Origin: Candidatus Poseidoniia archaeon
GTDB lineage: Archaea > Thermoplasmatota > Poseidoniia > MGIII > CG-Epi1
Length of the DNA: 64,000 bases
Direction of reading: 5' to 3'
Assembly: GCA_030754655.1 (NCBI GenBank)
Contig: JASLZX010000002.1
Location: 29,633-93,632, forward strand
Shown here: positions 1 through 9,905 of the stretch, in pieces
How positions within the stretch are numbered: position 1 is the stretch's first letter
Layout: each line of letters begins with the position of its first letter
Program-made: the position numbers and the translations under genes
Notes under the pieces: generated by a model
Seen by the model: only the letters and a program-made list of their open reading frames with translations
Told to the model about the DNA's origin: nothing
Database searches by the model: none

Positions 1-1196
1 CGCGCATGGGGGCGCCGGTCATCGGGCTTAACGACTCGGGCGGCGCGCGCATCCAGGAAGGCGTCGTCTCGCTGGGCGGCTACGCTGAAATCTTCTGGCG
101 CAACGTCCAGTCGTCGGGAGTCGTCCCGCAAATCTCCCTGATTCTGGGGCCGTGCGCCGGTGGCGCGGTCTATTCGCCGGCGATTACCGACTTCGTCATC
201 ATGGCCGAAGGGACGTCGCACATGTTCATCACCGGCCCCGACGTTATCAAGACCGTAACGCACGAGGAAATCGGTTTTGAGGAGTTGGGTGGTGCGGAGA
301 CCCACGGCTCGCTCTCGGGCGTCGCGCACCTGACCGTACCCGACGAGCAGGCTGCTTTTGCCGAGCTGCGGCGGCTGCTTGCATTCCTGCCGCAGAACAA
401 CCTGGAGCAGCCGCCGCGGCGGGAACCTCCGTCAGGTGACGAGCGGCTGCCGCAGCTCGACAGCCTGATGCCCGACAACTCGAACACGCCATACGACATC
501 CGCGAGGTCATCACGGCGGTCGGTGACGAAGGGGACTTCCTGGAGCTGCAACCGGACTGGGCGCAGAACATGGTCATCGGCTTCGCGCGCCTCGGCGGCT
601 ACCCGGTCGGCATCGTCGCCAACCAGCCGCAACACCTGGCTGGCTGTCTCGACATCGACGCGTCGGTGAAGGGGGCGCGCTTCGTGCGATTCTGCGACGC
701 GTTCAACCTGCCCCTCATCACGTTCGTCGACGTTCCCGGCTTCCTGCCGGGGCGCGAGCAGGAGCATGGCGGCATCATCCGCCACGGCGCCAAGCTGCTC
801 TACGCCTTCGCCGAGGCGTCCGTCCCGAAGCTGACGGTGATAACGCGCAAGGCGTACGGCGGCGCGTATGACGTGATGGCGTCCAAGCACATCCGTGCCG
901 ACCTGAACCTAGCGTGGCCGACCGCTGAAATCGCGGTGATGGGCTCCGAGGGGGCGGTGAATATCATCTTCCGCAAGGAACTGGCCGCCGCCAGCGACCC
1001 CGACCGGAAGCGGCGCGAGCTGACCGACGAGTATCGCGAGAAGTTCGCGTCGCCCTGGATTGCCGCCGAAATGGGATACATCGACCGCGTCATTTTCCCG
1101 CGCGATACGCGCGTCGAACTGCTGCGCGGACTCGAGCGCTTTGGGAGCAAGCGCGAACCGCGCCCGAAGCGCAAGCACGGCAACATTCCACTTTAA
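1..1196 (+). CDS. pccB: Acyl-CoA carboxylase carboxyltransferase (beta) subunit, propionyl/methylmalonyl-CoA type; N-terminus lies upstream of the window
   Basis: Track ORF 6..1196, with the frame open to position 3. Carboxyltransferase signatures [27 protein letters not shown] and [13 protein letters not shown] are present. Confidence 0.85.
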   Translation, partial: RMGAPVIGLNDSGGARIQEGVVSLGGYAEIFWRNVQSSGVVPQISLILGPCAGGAVYSPAITDFVIMAEGTSHMFITGPDVIKTVTHEEIGFEELGGAETHGSLSGVAHLTVPDEQAAFAELRRLLAFLPQNNLEQPPRREPPSGDERLPQLDSLMPDNSNTPYDIREVITAVGDEGDFLELQPDWAQNMVIGFARLGGYPVGIVANQPQHLAGCLDIDASVKGARFVRFCDAFNLPLITFVDVPGFLPGREQEHGGIIRHGAKLLYAFAEASVPKLTVITRKAYGGAYDVMASKHIRADLNLAWPTAEIAVMGSEGAVNIIFRKELAAASDPDRKRRELTDEYREKFASPWIAAEMGYIDRVIFPRDTRVELLRGLERFGSKREPRPKRKHGNIPL

Positions 1197-1216
1197 TACT
1201 CATCGATGTGAAAAAT

Positions 1217-1693
1217 ATGACTGAAATCCTACAAGCTGGAGACCCTGCTCCCCGCTTCGAAGCGGTTGACCAGGACGGTACGGCCGTTGCGCTGGCCGAC
1301 TTCGCCGGCCGCTGGCTGCTGCTCTACTTCTATCCGCGCGATGATACGCCGGGTTGCACCATCGAGGCGCAGGAATTCACGGCGCTCGCCGCCGAGTTTG
1401 CAGCGCTCGAGTGCGATATTGTCGGCGTCTCACCCGATTCGCCGCAGAAGCACTGCAACTTCATCGCGAAATACGGCCTCGGTGTACGCCTGCTCGCCGA
1501 CCCGGACCGCGTGGTGATGGCGCCTTACGGAGCATGGCGACTGAAGAAAAACTACGGCCGCGAATACATGGGCGTCGCGCGCTCGACCTTCCTCGTAGCC
1601 CCTGACGGCACGGTCGCGTGGGCGTGGCCCAACGTACGCACCAAGGGGCACGCGGCGAAGGTGCTGGCGGAGCTGGAAGCGCAGCGTGGCTGA
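1217..1693 (+). CDS. bcp: Peroxiredoxin, Bcp/PrxQ type (thiol peroxidase)
   Basis: Motif LLYFYPRDDTPGCTIEAQEF contains the peroxidatic Cys. I chose ATG 1217 over the track GTG 1208 because the TATA-like CTTTAATACT (1191-1200) sits about 21 nt upstream of 1217. Confidence 0.85.
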   Translation: MTEILQAGDPAPRFEAVDQDGTAVALADFAGRWLLLYFYPRDDTPGCTIEAQEFTALAAEFAALECDIVGVSPDSPQKHCNFIAKYGLGVRLLADPDRVVMAPYGAWRLKKNYGREYMGVARSTFLVAPDGTVAWAWPNVRTKGHAAKVLAELEAQRG

Positions 1694-1721
1694 CCTCGAG
1701 CGGACCGGCCGCAGCCAGCCC

Positions 1722-2336
1722 ATGCGGCATTCCGAACGCGGCAGCTTCGACCGCGAGACGGTCAACGCCATCCTGGACGCGGCGCTGCTCTGTCACGTCG
1801 GGTATGTGTTTGACGGCGCGCCGCTGGTGACGCCGACGCTTTTCTGGCGCGATGGCGAGCGCGTCTTCTGGCACGGCTCCGCCGCCAGCCGGGCGTTGCG
1901 GACGCAAGCGGAGTGCAAGGTCTGCCTGACGGTGAGCCTGCTCGACGGCATCGTGCTGTCGCGCTCGGCTTTCAACCACTCGGTCAACTACCGCTCGGTG
2001 ATGCTTTTCGGGACGGCCCGGAGCGTTGATGACTCCGGGGAAAAACTGATGGCACTTGAGAAGCTCATGGAGCGCATCGCACGCGGCCGCTGGGGCGAAG
2101 TGCGCCAGCCGACAGAGTCGGAACTGAAAGCGACCAGCGTGCTCTGGATGGATATCAGGGAAGGTGCAGCCAAGATTCGTGCTATCCCCGTCGGTGACGA
2201 ACCGGCAGACCGGGACCAGCCGGTCTGGGCCGGGGTGGTCCCAATCATGACTAGCCTCGGCGAGCCGGAGCCGGCAGCGGGGCTGGCAAGCGATATCGAG
2301 ATGCCAGGCTACCTGTCGAAAATCAGGCTATCATAG
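1722..2336 (+). CDS. Pyridoxamine 5'-phosphate oxidase-like FMN-binding family protein
   Basis: The N-terminus MRHSERGSFDRETVNAILDAALLCHVGYV..DGAPLVTPTLFW is typical of the PNPOx/NimA-like split-barrel family. The track ORF starts at GTG 1686; ATG 1722 fits the family N-terminus better. Confidence 0.7.
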   Translation: MRHSERGSFDRETVNAILDAALLCHVGYVFDGAPLVTPTLFWRDGERVFWHGSAASRALRTQAECKVCLTVSLLDGIVLSRSAFNHSVNYRSVMLFGTARSVDDSGEKLMALEKLMERIARGRWGEVRQPTESELKATSVLWMDIREGAAKIRAIPVGDEPADRDQPVWAGVVPIMTSLGEPEPAAGLASDIEMPGYLSKIRLS

Positions 2337-2380
2337 GGCGGCGGGCTGGCGCCCGCCGCCGGTTCAGTTCAGGTTTTTTT
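2337..2380 (+). terminator. GC-rich hairpin plus T7 tract between convergent genes
   Basis: GGCGGCGGGC (2337-2346) / tggc / GCCCGCCGCC (2351-2360) form a perfect 10-bp stem. TTTTTTT follows at 2374-2380, directly after the stop at 2336. Confidence 0.5.
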
Positions 2381-2393
2381 GTAACAAACAGGA

Positions 2394-4070
<1,677 letters not shown>

Positions 4071-4349
4071 CTAAAGCACCGTCGCCTGCAAGTCTTTCGA
4101 CTTGAGGAGCAGGTAATCCTTGTCCTGCCAGGTAATCTCCGTCCCGGCATATTTTTTGTAGACCACGCGGTCGCCTGCCTTGACGTGTTCTGCGTCAGGG
4201 CCGACGCCTGCCACGAGGCCGACGTTCATCTTTTCGCGCGCTGCTTCGGGCAGCAGAAAACCGCTATCTGTCTTCTCCGCGGCTTCCTCCAGCTCGAGCA
4301 GGACCATCTTGCCCAAGGGCTCAATTCCGACTGACATTTTTTTCACCAT
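4071..4349 (-). CDS. groS: Co-chaperonin GroES (Cpn10)
   Basis: [32 protein letters not shown]...[14 protein letters not shown] matches the GroES pattern, 9 nt upstream of groEL. ATG 4349 is preceded by an SD-like GAGGGTGA. The track start at 4409 would abut the TATA box. Confidence 0.9.
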   Translation of the reverse strand: MVKKMSVGIEPLGKMVLLELEEAAEKTDSGFLLPEAAREKMNVGLVAGVGPDAEHVKAGDRVVYKKYAGTEITWQDKDYLLLKSKDLQATVL

Positions 4350-4414
4350 TTTTGCTGGGTCACCCTCGGGAGCTACAATGAGGTCCGGTAGGCAACCGGC
4401 GGTTGTCAACCAGC

Positions 4415-4428
4415 CTTATATTAATAGT
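4415..4428 (-). promoter_or_regulatory. TATA-like box upstream of groES-groEL
   Basis: The minus strand reads ACTATTAATATAAG, the only A/T-rich block between the tpiA stop (4429) and groES. Confidence 0.4.
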
Positions 4429-5100
4429 TTATGACAGTCCCCGAACCAGCTCTGCGAGGACCGTTCCCGGGTCCTCCGCCTTCACGACGCCCGACGCCAG
4501 CAGGATGCCCGCCGCGCCCAGTTCCATCGCCTTTTCGACATCGGCGCGGGTCTTGACACCGGCTCCGCAGAGCACTGGGACGCCGGTCCCGGCCACCGCC
4601 GCGACTGAGTCGCTGATGACCTCGGGGCGCGCAGTCGAGACCGAGATGTCACCGCCGATGAGTTCGGGCGGCTCGACCGCGACGTAGTCCGGCCGCAGGG
4701 CGGCACCGCGTGCGGTCGCTTCGACGTCGGCGGTGCAGAGCACGGTCGCCAGCCCCGCCTCGCGGGCGCGCGCCAGCGTCGTCTCGATGGTGGCCCAGTC
4801 GAGCTGCCGTTCGGCGTGGTTGACCAGCGTGCCGACCGCGCCCGCTGCGACGGCCGCTTCCGGCAGCACCGCGCCGGTATGCGCGCCGGCCGGCGCGGCG
4901 TCAATGTGCTGCGCCAGCACCGGAACGCCGCCCTTGTACGCGAAGCGCCGCAGGTCGAGCGCGCTGGTCGCGGCCGCAAGGCAGGCGCCCGAAGCTTCCG
5001 CGATGGCAGCCATTTCGCGGCAGAGCTCGAAGCCCACCTCACCGTGGCCTTGCGGGTAGGTCTTCAGGTTGACGACCATCAGCGGCGTGCGTAGCTCCAT
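4429..5100 (-). CDS. tpiA: Triosephosphate isomerase, short archaeal type
   Basis: 223 aa from MELRTPLMVVNLKTYPQG...VNHAERQL...VAVEPPELIGG. The longer track ORF (to 5895) is an antisense read-through of tdh. A TATA-like box lies about 23 nt upstream of ATG 5100. Confidence 0.9.
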   Translation of the reverse strand: MELRTPLMVVNLKTYPQGHGEVGFELCREMAAIAEASGACLAAATSALDLRRFAYKGGVPVLAQHIDAAPAGAHTGAVLPEAAVAAGAVGTLVNHAERQLDWATIETTLARAREAGLATVLCTADVEATARGAALRPDYVAVEPPELIGGDISVSTARPEVISDSVAAVAGTGVPVLCGAGVKTRADVEKAMELGAAGILLASGVVKAEDPGTVLAELVRGLS

Positions 5101-5118
5101 GTGGGGCGAAGCCCGGTC

Positions 5119-5155
5119 GCTAAAAGGAAGTTGCGCGCGCTCCAGCCTAAAATAG
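5119..5155. promoter_or_regulatory. Divergent promoter region with two TATA-like boxes (tpiA / tdh)
   Basis: The minus strand reads TCCTTTTAGC (5119-5128), about 23 nt from ATG 5100. The plus strand reads CTAAAATAG (5147-5155), about 25 nt from ATG 5176. Confidence 0.5.
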
Positions 5156-5175
5156 TGCGCCATAATGGCGGGCGC

Positions 5176-6141
5176 ATGTCCACTCGCGAACAGCGCCGGA
5201 TACTGGTAACTGGCGCCGCGGGGCAAATCGGGACCGAGCTGGTGCTCGCCTTGCGGGAGCGCTTCCCCGCCGGGGACGTCGTCGCGATGTACCGCTCCAG
5301 CCCGCTCGCGCCAGAAGTCGCGGAGGGAGGTCCGTCTGCGAAGGGCGACGTCACCGACGCTGCGGGCTACGCACAGGCCGTTGCGGAGCACGATATTGAC
5401 ACAGTCTACCACCTCGCCGCCATCCTTTCCGTGGGCGGCGAGGCTAATCCGGCGCTCTGCTACGAGGTCAACCTCAACGGCCTGCGCAACGTGCTCGAGG
5501 TCGCCCGCGAGCGGGGGCAACGCTTGTTCTGCCCGAGTTCGATAGCGGTCTTCGGCCCTGATACCCCGGCGCTGGCTCCGCAGGAGACACCACTTCACCC
5601 GAGCACGATGTACGGCGTCACCAAGGTCGCCGGTGAAATCCTCTGCGACTACTACTTCCAGCGCTACGGGGTCGACGCGCGCGGGGTGCGCTACCCCGGA
5701 CTCATTTCGTGGCAGGCGGCCCCGGGTGGCGGGACCACTGACTATGCCATTGCCATCTTCCACGCTGCGCTGCGCGACGGTAGCTACGAATGCTTCGTCG
5801 GCCCGGAGACGCGGTTGCCGATGATGTACATGCCAGACGCGCTGAAGGGGACGCTGGACCTGATGGATGCACCGCTCGAGGCCTTGCAGCACCATTCCGA
5901 CTTCAACCTCGGCGCGATGTCCTTCTCCGCCAGCGAACTGGCAGACGCTATCGCGCAGCGCGTCCCCGGCTTCGAGTGTCGCTACGCGCCCGACGCGCGG
6001 CAGGTGATTGCCGATTCATGGCCCGACGCGGTCGACGACTCCGTCGCACGGCAGGAGTGGGGCTGGGCACCCCGCTTCGGGCTGGCGGAGATGGCCGACG
6101 ACATGCTTGAAAACCTGCGCCGCGAACAGAGGGCGCAATGA
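5176..6141 (+). CDS. tdh: L-threonine 3-dehydrogenase, SDR/epimerase-like type
   Basis: ILVTGAAGQIGTEL Rossmann motif, YGVTK catalytic Y-x3-K, and an epimerase-fold length of 321 aa. The stop overlaps the kbl start (ATGA at 6138-6141), which is the classic tdh-kbl pairing. Confidence 0.8.
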   Translation: MSTREQRRILVTGAAGQIGTELVLALRERFPAGDVVAMYRSSPLAPEVAEGGPSAKGDVTDAAGYAQAVAEHDIDTVYHLAAILSVGGEANPALCYEVNLNGLRNVLEVARERGQRLFCPSSIAVFGPDTPALAPQETPLHPSTMYGVTKVAGEILCDYYFQRYGVDARGVRYPGLISWQAAPGGGTTDYAIAIFHAALRDGSYECFVGPETRLPMMYMPDALKGTLDLMDAPLEALQHHSDFNLGAMSFSASELADAIAQRVPGFECRYAPDARQVIADSWPDAVDDSVARQEWGWAPRFGLAEMADDMLENLRREQRAQ

Positions 6142-7313
6142 GCGACCCGACGGGCTGGATGCGCGACGAATACGAAGCGCTCGTGGCGGCGAGCCTTGAC
6201 TGGCGGCCGCCGGTGCTGGAAGGTCCCAGCGCGCCCCGCTGTCAGGTTGGCGGACGCGAGCGGCTGATGCTCTGCTCGAATAATTACCTGAACCTGAGCA
6301 ACCACCCGCGGCTGAAGGAGGCCGCTATTGCGGCTGTCCGCAGCCACGGTGCCGGCTCGGGCAGCGTGCGACCGATTGCGGGCAACATGGACCTGCATGT
6401 CCGGCTAGAGCAGCGCATCGCCGAGTTCAAGCGCCGTGACGCTGCCATCTACTACCAGACCGGCTTCGCCGCCAACGCCGGGCTGATTCCGCAACTGGTA
6501 GGCAAGGGCGACCACCTTTTCACCGACGAGCTGAACCACGGCTCGATTATTGACGGGGTGCGGTTGACGAAGGCGGCACGCAACATCTACGCGCACAACG
6601 ACATGGGCGGGCTGGAAGACCTGCTGCGCAAGGCTCCCGACACGGGGCGCCGGCTCATCATCACCGACGGCGTCTTCTCGATGGACGGCGACACCGCGCC
6701 GCTCGACGAAATCTGCGCGCTCGCCGGAGAATATGGCGCGATGACCTACGTGGACGACGCGCACGGCGAAGGCGTGCTGGGCGAGGGGCGCGGAATCGGA
6801 GTCCATTATGGCGTCGAAGACAAGGTCGATATCGAAATGGGAACCTTCTCCAAGGCGTTCGGTGTCGTCGGCGGGCTCGCCGCCGGCAGCGAACATCTCG
6901 CGAAATACGCCTTCAACAAGTCGCGCACCTTCCTGCTCTCGGGCTCCGCCCCGCCCGCGACGGTCGCCGCCTGCACCGCTGCGCTGGACGTGCTCGATGA
7001 AGAGCCGCAGCACGTCGTGAATCTCTGGAAGAATACCGCCTATTTCCGTCGCGGGCTGCAGCAATTCGGCTACGACACCGGCGTTTCCACGACCCCCATC
7101 ATCCCTGCCATGTGCGGCTCTTCGAAGCAGGCGCAGGCGTTGAGCGGTGAACTGATGCAGCGCGATGTCTTCGCGCTCCCCATCGTCTTTCCGATGGTCG
7201 CGCGCGACAAGGCGCGCATCCGCGTCATCATGAACGCCGGACTCGCGCGCGAGGATCTGGACGAAGCGCTGGGCGCTTTCGAAGCGGGCGGCAAGGCAGC
7301 AGGAGTGCTGTGA
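6138..7313 (+). CDS. kbl: 2-amino-3-ketobutyrate CoA ligase (glycine C-acetyltransferase)
   Basis: alpha-Oxoamine synthase pattern NNYLNLSNHPRL...DELNHGSIIDG...DDAHGEGVLG...GTFSKAFG, with a PLP lysine. Confidence 0.88.
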   Translation: MSDPTGWMRDEYEALVAASLDWRPPVLEGPSAPRCQVGGRERLMLCSNNYLNLSNHPRLKEAAIAAVRSHGAGSGSVRPIAGNMDLHVRLEQRIAEFKRRDAAIYYQTGFAANAGLIPQLVGKGDHLFTDELNHGSIIDGVRLTKAARNIYAHNDMGGLEDLLRKAPDTGRRLIITDGVFSMDGDTAPLDEICALAGEYGAMTYVDDAHGEGVLGEGRGIGVHYGVEDKVDIEMGTFSKAFGVVGGLAAGSEHLAKYAFNKSRTFLLSGSAPPATVAACTAALDVLDEEPQHVVNLWKNTAYFRRGLQQFGYDTGVSTTPIIPAMCGSSKQAQALSGELMQRDVFALPIVFPMVARDKARIRVIMNAGLAREDLDEALGAFEAGGKAAGVL

Positions 7314-7335
7314 AACATCGTAAGGCGACCCGCCG

Positions 7336-7719
7336 ATGAAGTTCAGCGACGCTGAATGGCACACGCGGCTGAGCCCGGAGCAATACGAGGTCTGCCGCTG
7401 TAGTGCGACCGAGCCGCCTTTCGCCAACGAATACTGGGACTGCCACGACGCCGGCAGCTACCGTTGTGTGGCGTGCGGCGCGGAGCTGTTCGACTCGGAA
7501 ACGAAATTCGTTTCAGGCACCGGCTGGCCCAGCTTCAGCGCGCCAGTTACTGACGGGGCGGTCGCTGAGCGTGAGGACGACTCGCTCGGCGTGCGCCGCA
7601 CCGAGGTAGTCTGCGCCGGCTGCGAGTCGCACCTTGGACACATCTTCCCCGACGGGCCGCAGCCAACGGGACTGCGTTTTTGCATCAACTCCGCCGCGCT
7701 ATCTCTTAAGCGGCGCTAG
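7336..7719 (+). CDS. msrB: Peptide-methionine (R)-S-oxide reductase
   Basis: Two CxxC pairs (CVACGAELF, CAGCESHLGHIF) and RFCINS are diagnostic of MsrB. Confidence 0.95.
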   Translation: MKFSDAEWHTRLSPEQYEVCRCSATEPPFANEYWDCHDAGSYRCVACGAELFDSETKFVSGTGWPSFSAPVTDGAVAEREDDSLGVRRTEVVCAGCESHLGHIFPDGPQPTGLRFCINSAALSLKRR

Positions 7720-8375
7720 TCGGCCAGTTCGCTGAGCCACGCGCCGCCCGCTAGGAATGCCAGATCGTAGAGCAGCAGCAGCGTCAGCGCGGTCGCAATG
7801 CCCGCGTCATCGAGCAGCAACGCCTGCAACGCGCGCAGTGACGCTTCGACCACGGTAAAGAGCAGCAGCGGGATGGCGAGTAGCGTCCCGAGCATCCACG
7901 CGCCGGGCAGCGGCGCTGCCGCCTGTGTCGTGAGCGTCCCGGCAGCGGAAATACCGACCGCCGAAAGCAGCAGGATTGCGAGCGCAGAGGGCCATGCGGA
8001 GCCGAATGAGTTCTCGAAGAGCAGTATATAAAATCCGAAAGCAAGCAGCGTCAGCCCCGAGAGCAGCAGCAGGTTGCCAGCCCAGGCGCCGAGGAACAGC
8101 GTCACGCGCGGGAGCGGCGCCAGCCGCAGCATCTCGCCGGTGCCGCGGTCGCCTTCGCGCAAGGCGGTGTGCGTCAGCAGCCCCAGCCCGGCGAAGAGCA
8201 GCACACTCCAGAGAATCGCGGGCGCCAGCCGTGCGCGGGCAATTTCGTCGTTGGTGAGCGTGAAGCGCAGCAGCAGCAGCAGCGCCAGCACCAGCATCGC
8301 CGCCGCGATGGTGCCCTGCAGCGACCGCAGCTCGACGCGCACTTCCTTGCGCACCAGCGCCGTCAGCGGGCTCAC
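7716..8375 (-). CDS. ccmB: ABC exporter permease, CcmB (heme exporter B)-like
   Basis: 219 aa with about 6 TM segments. LAPAILWSVLLFAGL...REGDRGTGEMLRLAPLP resembles the CcmB core. The GTG start overlaps the ccmA stop (GTGA). Confidence 0.7.
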   Translation of the reverse strand: MSPLTALVRKEVRVELRSLQGTIAAAMLVLALLLLLRFTLTNDEIARARLAPAILWSVLLFAGLGLLTHTALREGDRGTGEMLRLAPLPRVTLFLGAWAGNLLLLSGLTLLAFGFYILLFENSFGSAWPSALAILLLSAVGISAAGTLTTQAAAPLPGAWMLGTLLAIPLLLFTVVEASLRALQALLLDDAGIATALTLLLLYDLAFLAGGAWLSELAD

Positions 8376-8989
8376 GCCAGTACCCCGTCGGCGAGCGCCA
8401 GCGTGCGGTCCGCTGCAAGGCCGCTGCCGTGCGCCACCACCAGCACCGCCCGGCCATCGTCACACCATTCGGAGATGAGCGTCCGCAGCAGCTCGCGCCC
8501 GGTGGAGTCGAGCGCGGCGAACGGTTCGTCTAGCAGCAGCGTCGTCGGCTGGTGCAAGGTAGCGCGCGCCAGCGCCAGTCGCTGCAACATCCCGCGTGAG
8601 TAGATGCCGGTGCGGTCATCGGCAAAAGCCTTGAGGCCGACGCGCTCGAGCGTGGCGTCAATTTCCGCCGAGTGCTCCGGCAGCTGGTGCAGCTGTGCCC
8701 AGAGCGCGAGGTTTTCGCGGCCGCTCAATTCGCCGTAAAAGCCGGGACGGTGGCCGGCGAAGCCGATGCGTGCCCGCACTTCGACGCCGTCGGAGAGCGC
8801 GAAGCTGTCCACTTCTGCTTCGCCACTGTCGGCGCGGTCGAGCGTTGCGAGAATGCGCAGCAGCGTTGATTTGCCGGCGCCGTTCTCGCCCTGCAGCAGC
8901 ACCACTTCGCCGTCGGCGACCGACAGGTCGAGCCCGCGCAGCACGCGCCGCGCACCGAACGCCTTCTGCAGCCCGCGGACGGTGAGCAT
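8372..8989 (-). CDS. ccmA: ABC transporter ATP-binding protein, CcmA-like
   Basis: Walker A GENGAGKST, ABC signature YSRGMLQRLALA and Walker B LLLDEP. Confidence 0.8.
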   Translation of the reverse strand: MLTVRGLQKAFGARRVLRGLDLSVADGEVVLLQGENGAGKSTLLRILATLDRADSGEAEVDSFALSDGVEVRARIGFAGHRPGFYGELSGRENLALWAQLHQLPEHSAEIDATLERVGLKAFADDRTGIYSRGMLQRLALARATLHQPTTLLLDEPFAALDSTGRELLRTLISEWCDDGRAVLVVAHGSGLAADRTLALADGVLA

Positions 8990-9615
8990 CAGTCGCCCAG
9001 CGCGGCGGCGAATTCCCGCGCGGCCGCGCCCGGGTCGTCCGTCTGGTAAATGGCGCGCCCCACGATTATGAGGTCGGCGCCTGCTGTGATAGCCGCGCGT
9101 GGGTCGCCCCCCTGCGCACCGACGCCGGGGGCGATGATTTTGAGGTTGCCGACCGCTTCCCGCACGGCGGTGATGTCTTCCGGTCGCGTTGCCGGAGCGA
9201 CGACACCGGTCGCACCGCCGTCGCGCGCGACGGCGGCCAGCGCCGTGATGTCGAAGAATTCGCCGCCGCCGGGGTGCGACATCGTGATGACTGCGTAAAG
9301 GTCGCGGTCGGGCGCCACGTCGCGGATGGCGCGCAGTGGGCCGGCGCCCGGGAACGCGTGCGCAATGATGCCGGTCGCGCCGGCACCGTAGGCCGCTTCG
9401 GCGATGAGGCGCGCCGTGTTGGGAATGTCAGCTACCTTGAGGTCGCAGATGACTGGTGCCAACTTCGCTAACTTCGCGACCGTCTCGAGTCCGCCCTGCA
9501 TCAGCAGTGGCCAGTTGATTTTGATGCCCGCCAAGTGCGGTGCTGCCGCTTCGGCTACGGAAAAGGCACGCAGCGGGTCTGTCTCGTCCAGCGCCAGCAG
9601 CAGCCGGGACCCCAT
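8989..9615 (-). CDS. pyrF: Orotidine 5'-phosphate decarboxylase
   Basis: LLLALDETD...ICDLKVADIPNT...IIVGRAIY motifs. There are 1-nt TGATG overlaps at both ends. Confidence 0.9.
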   Translation of the reverse strand: MGSRLLLALDETDPLRAFSVAEAAAPHLAGIKINWPLLMQGGLETVAKLAKLAPVICDLKVADIPNTARLIAEAAYGAGATGIIAHAFPGAGPLRAIRDVAPDRDLYAVITMSHPGGGEFFDITALAAVARDGGATGVVAPATRPEDITAVREAVGNLKIIAPGVGAQGGDPRAAITAGADLIIVGRAIYQTDDPGAAAREFAAALGD

Positions 9616-9842
9616 CAGATTTCCAGCTTTCCGGTCAGGATTGAGAGCGCGTAGCGCAGTTCGGCTACCGCCGCGACCGCTTCGCGCTTGACCTGAAACA
9701 GGTCTTTGGAATCCATCTCGCGTGCCATGTTCGTTTCGACGAACATCATCTTCTCGAGACTGCGCTCGATTGTGTCCACGATTATCTGGCTACGCGCTGA
9801 GCGCCGCAGGCCCTCTTCGTCTATGCTGTCGTCATCTGCCAT
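9615..9842 (-). CDS. Small acidic coiled-coil protein, no family recognised
   Basis: 75-aa ORF whose stop overlaps the pyrF ATG (TGATG). Third-position GC is high. I did not recognise any motif. Confidence 0.5.
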   Translation of the reverse strand: MADDDSIDEEGLRRSARSQIIVDTIERSLEKMMFVETNMAREMDSKDLFQVKREAVAAVAELRYALSILTGKLEI

Positions 9843-9905
9843 GCTCTCGCCGACTGGCGACGGCTGCCGGCGGATTTAACCATTTGCCAAGGCGGTCGGG
9901 CTGCC

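Noticed and set aside
4350-4428. I looked for a CIRCE/HrcA operator or another bacterial heat-shock element upstream of groES.
   Set aside because: I saw no TTAGCACTC-N9-GAGTGCTAA-like inverted repeat, only an archaeal-style A/T box.
5101-5895. The 5' extension of the tpiA track ORF (4429..5895, 488 aa).
   Set aside because: TpiA homology begins at MELRTPLMVVNLK (ATG 5100). The upstream part is antisense to tdh and Arg/Ala-rich, which is typical of GC-driven spurious frames.
7716-7719. The convergent msrB and ccmB genes share a palindromic CTAG that provides the TAG stop on both strands.
   Set aside because: This is real but trivial, a by-product of tight packing with no functional implication.
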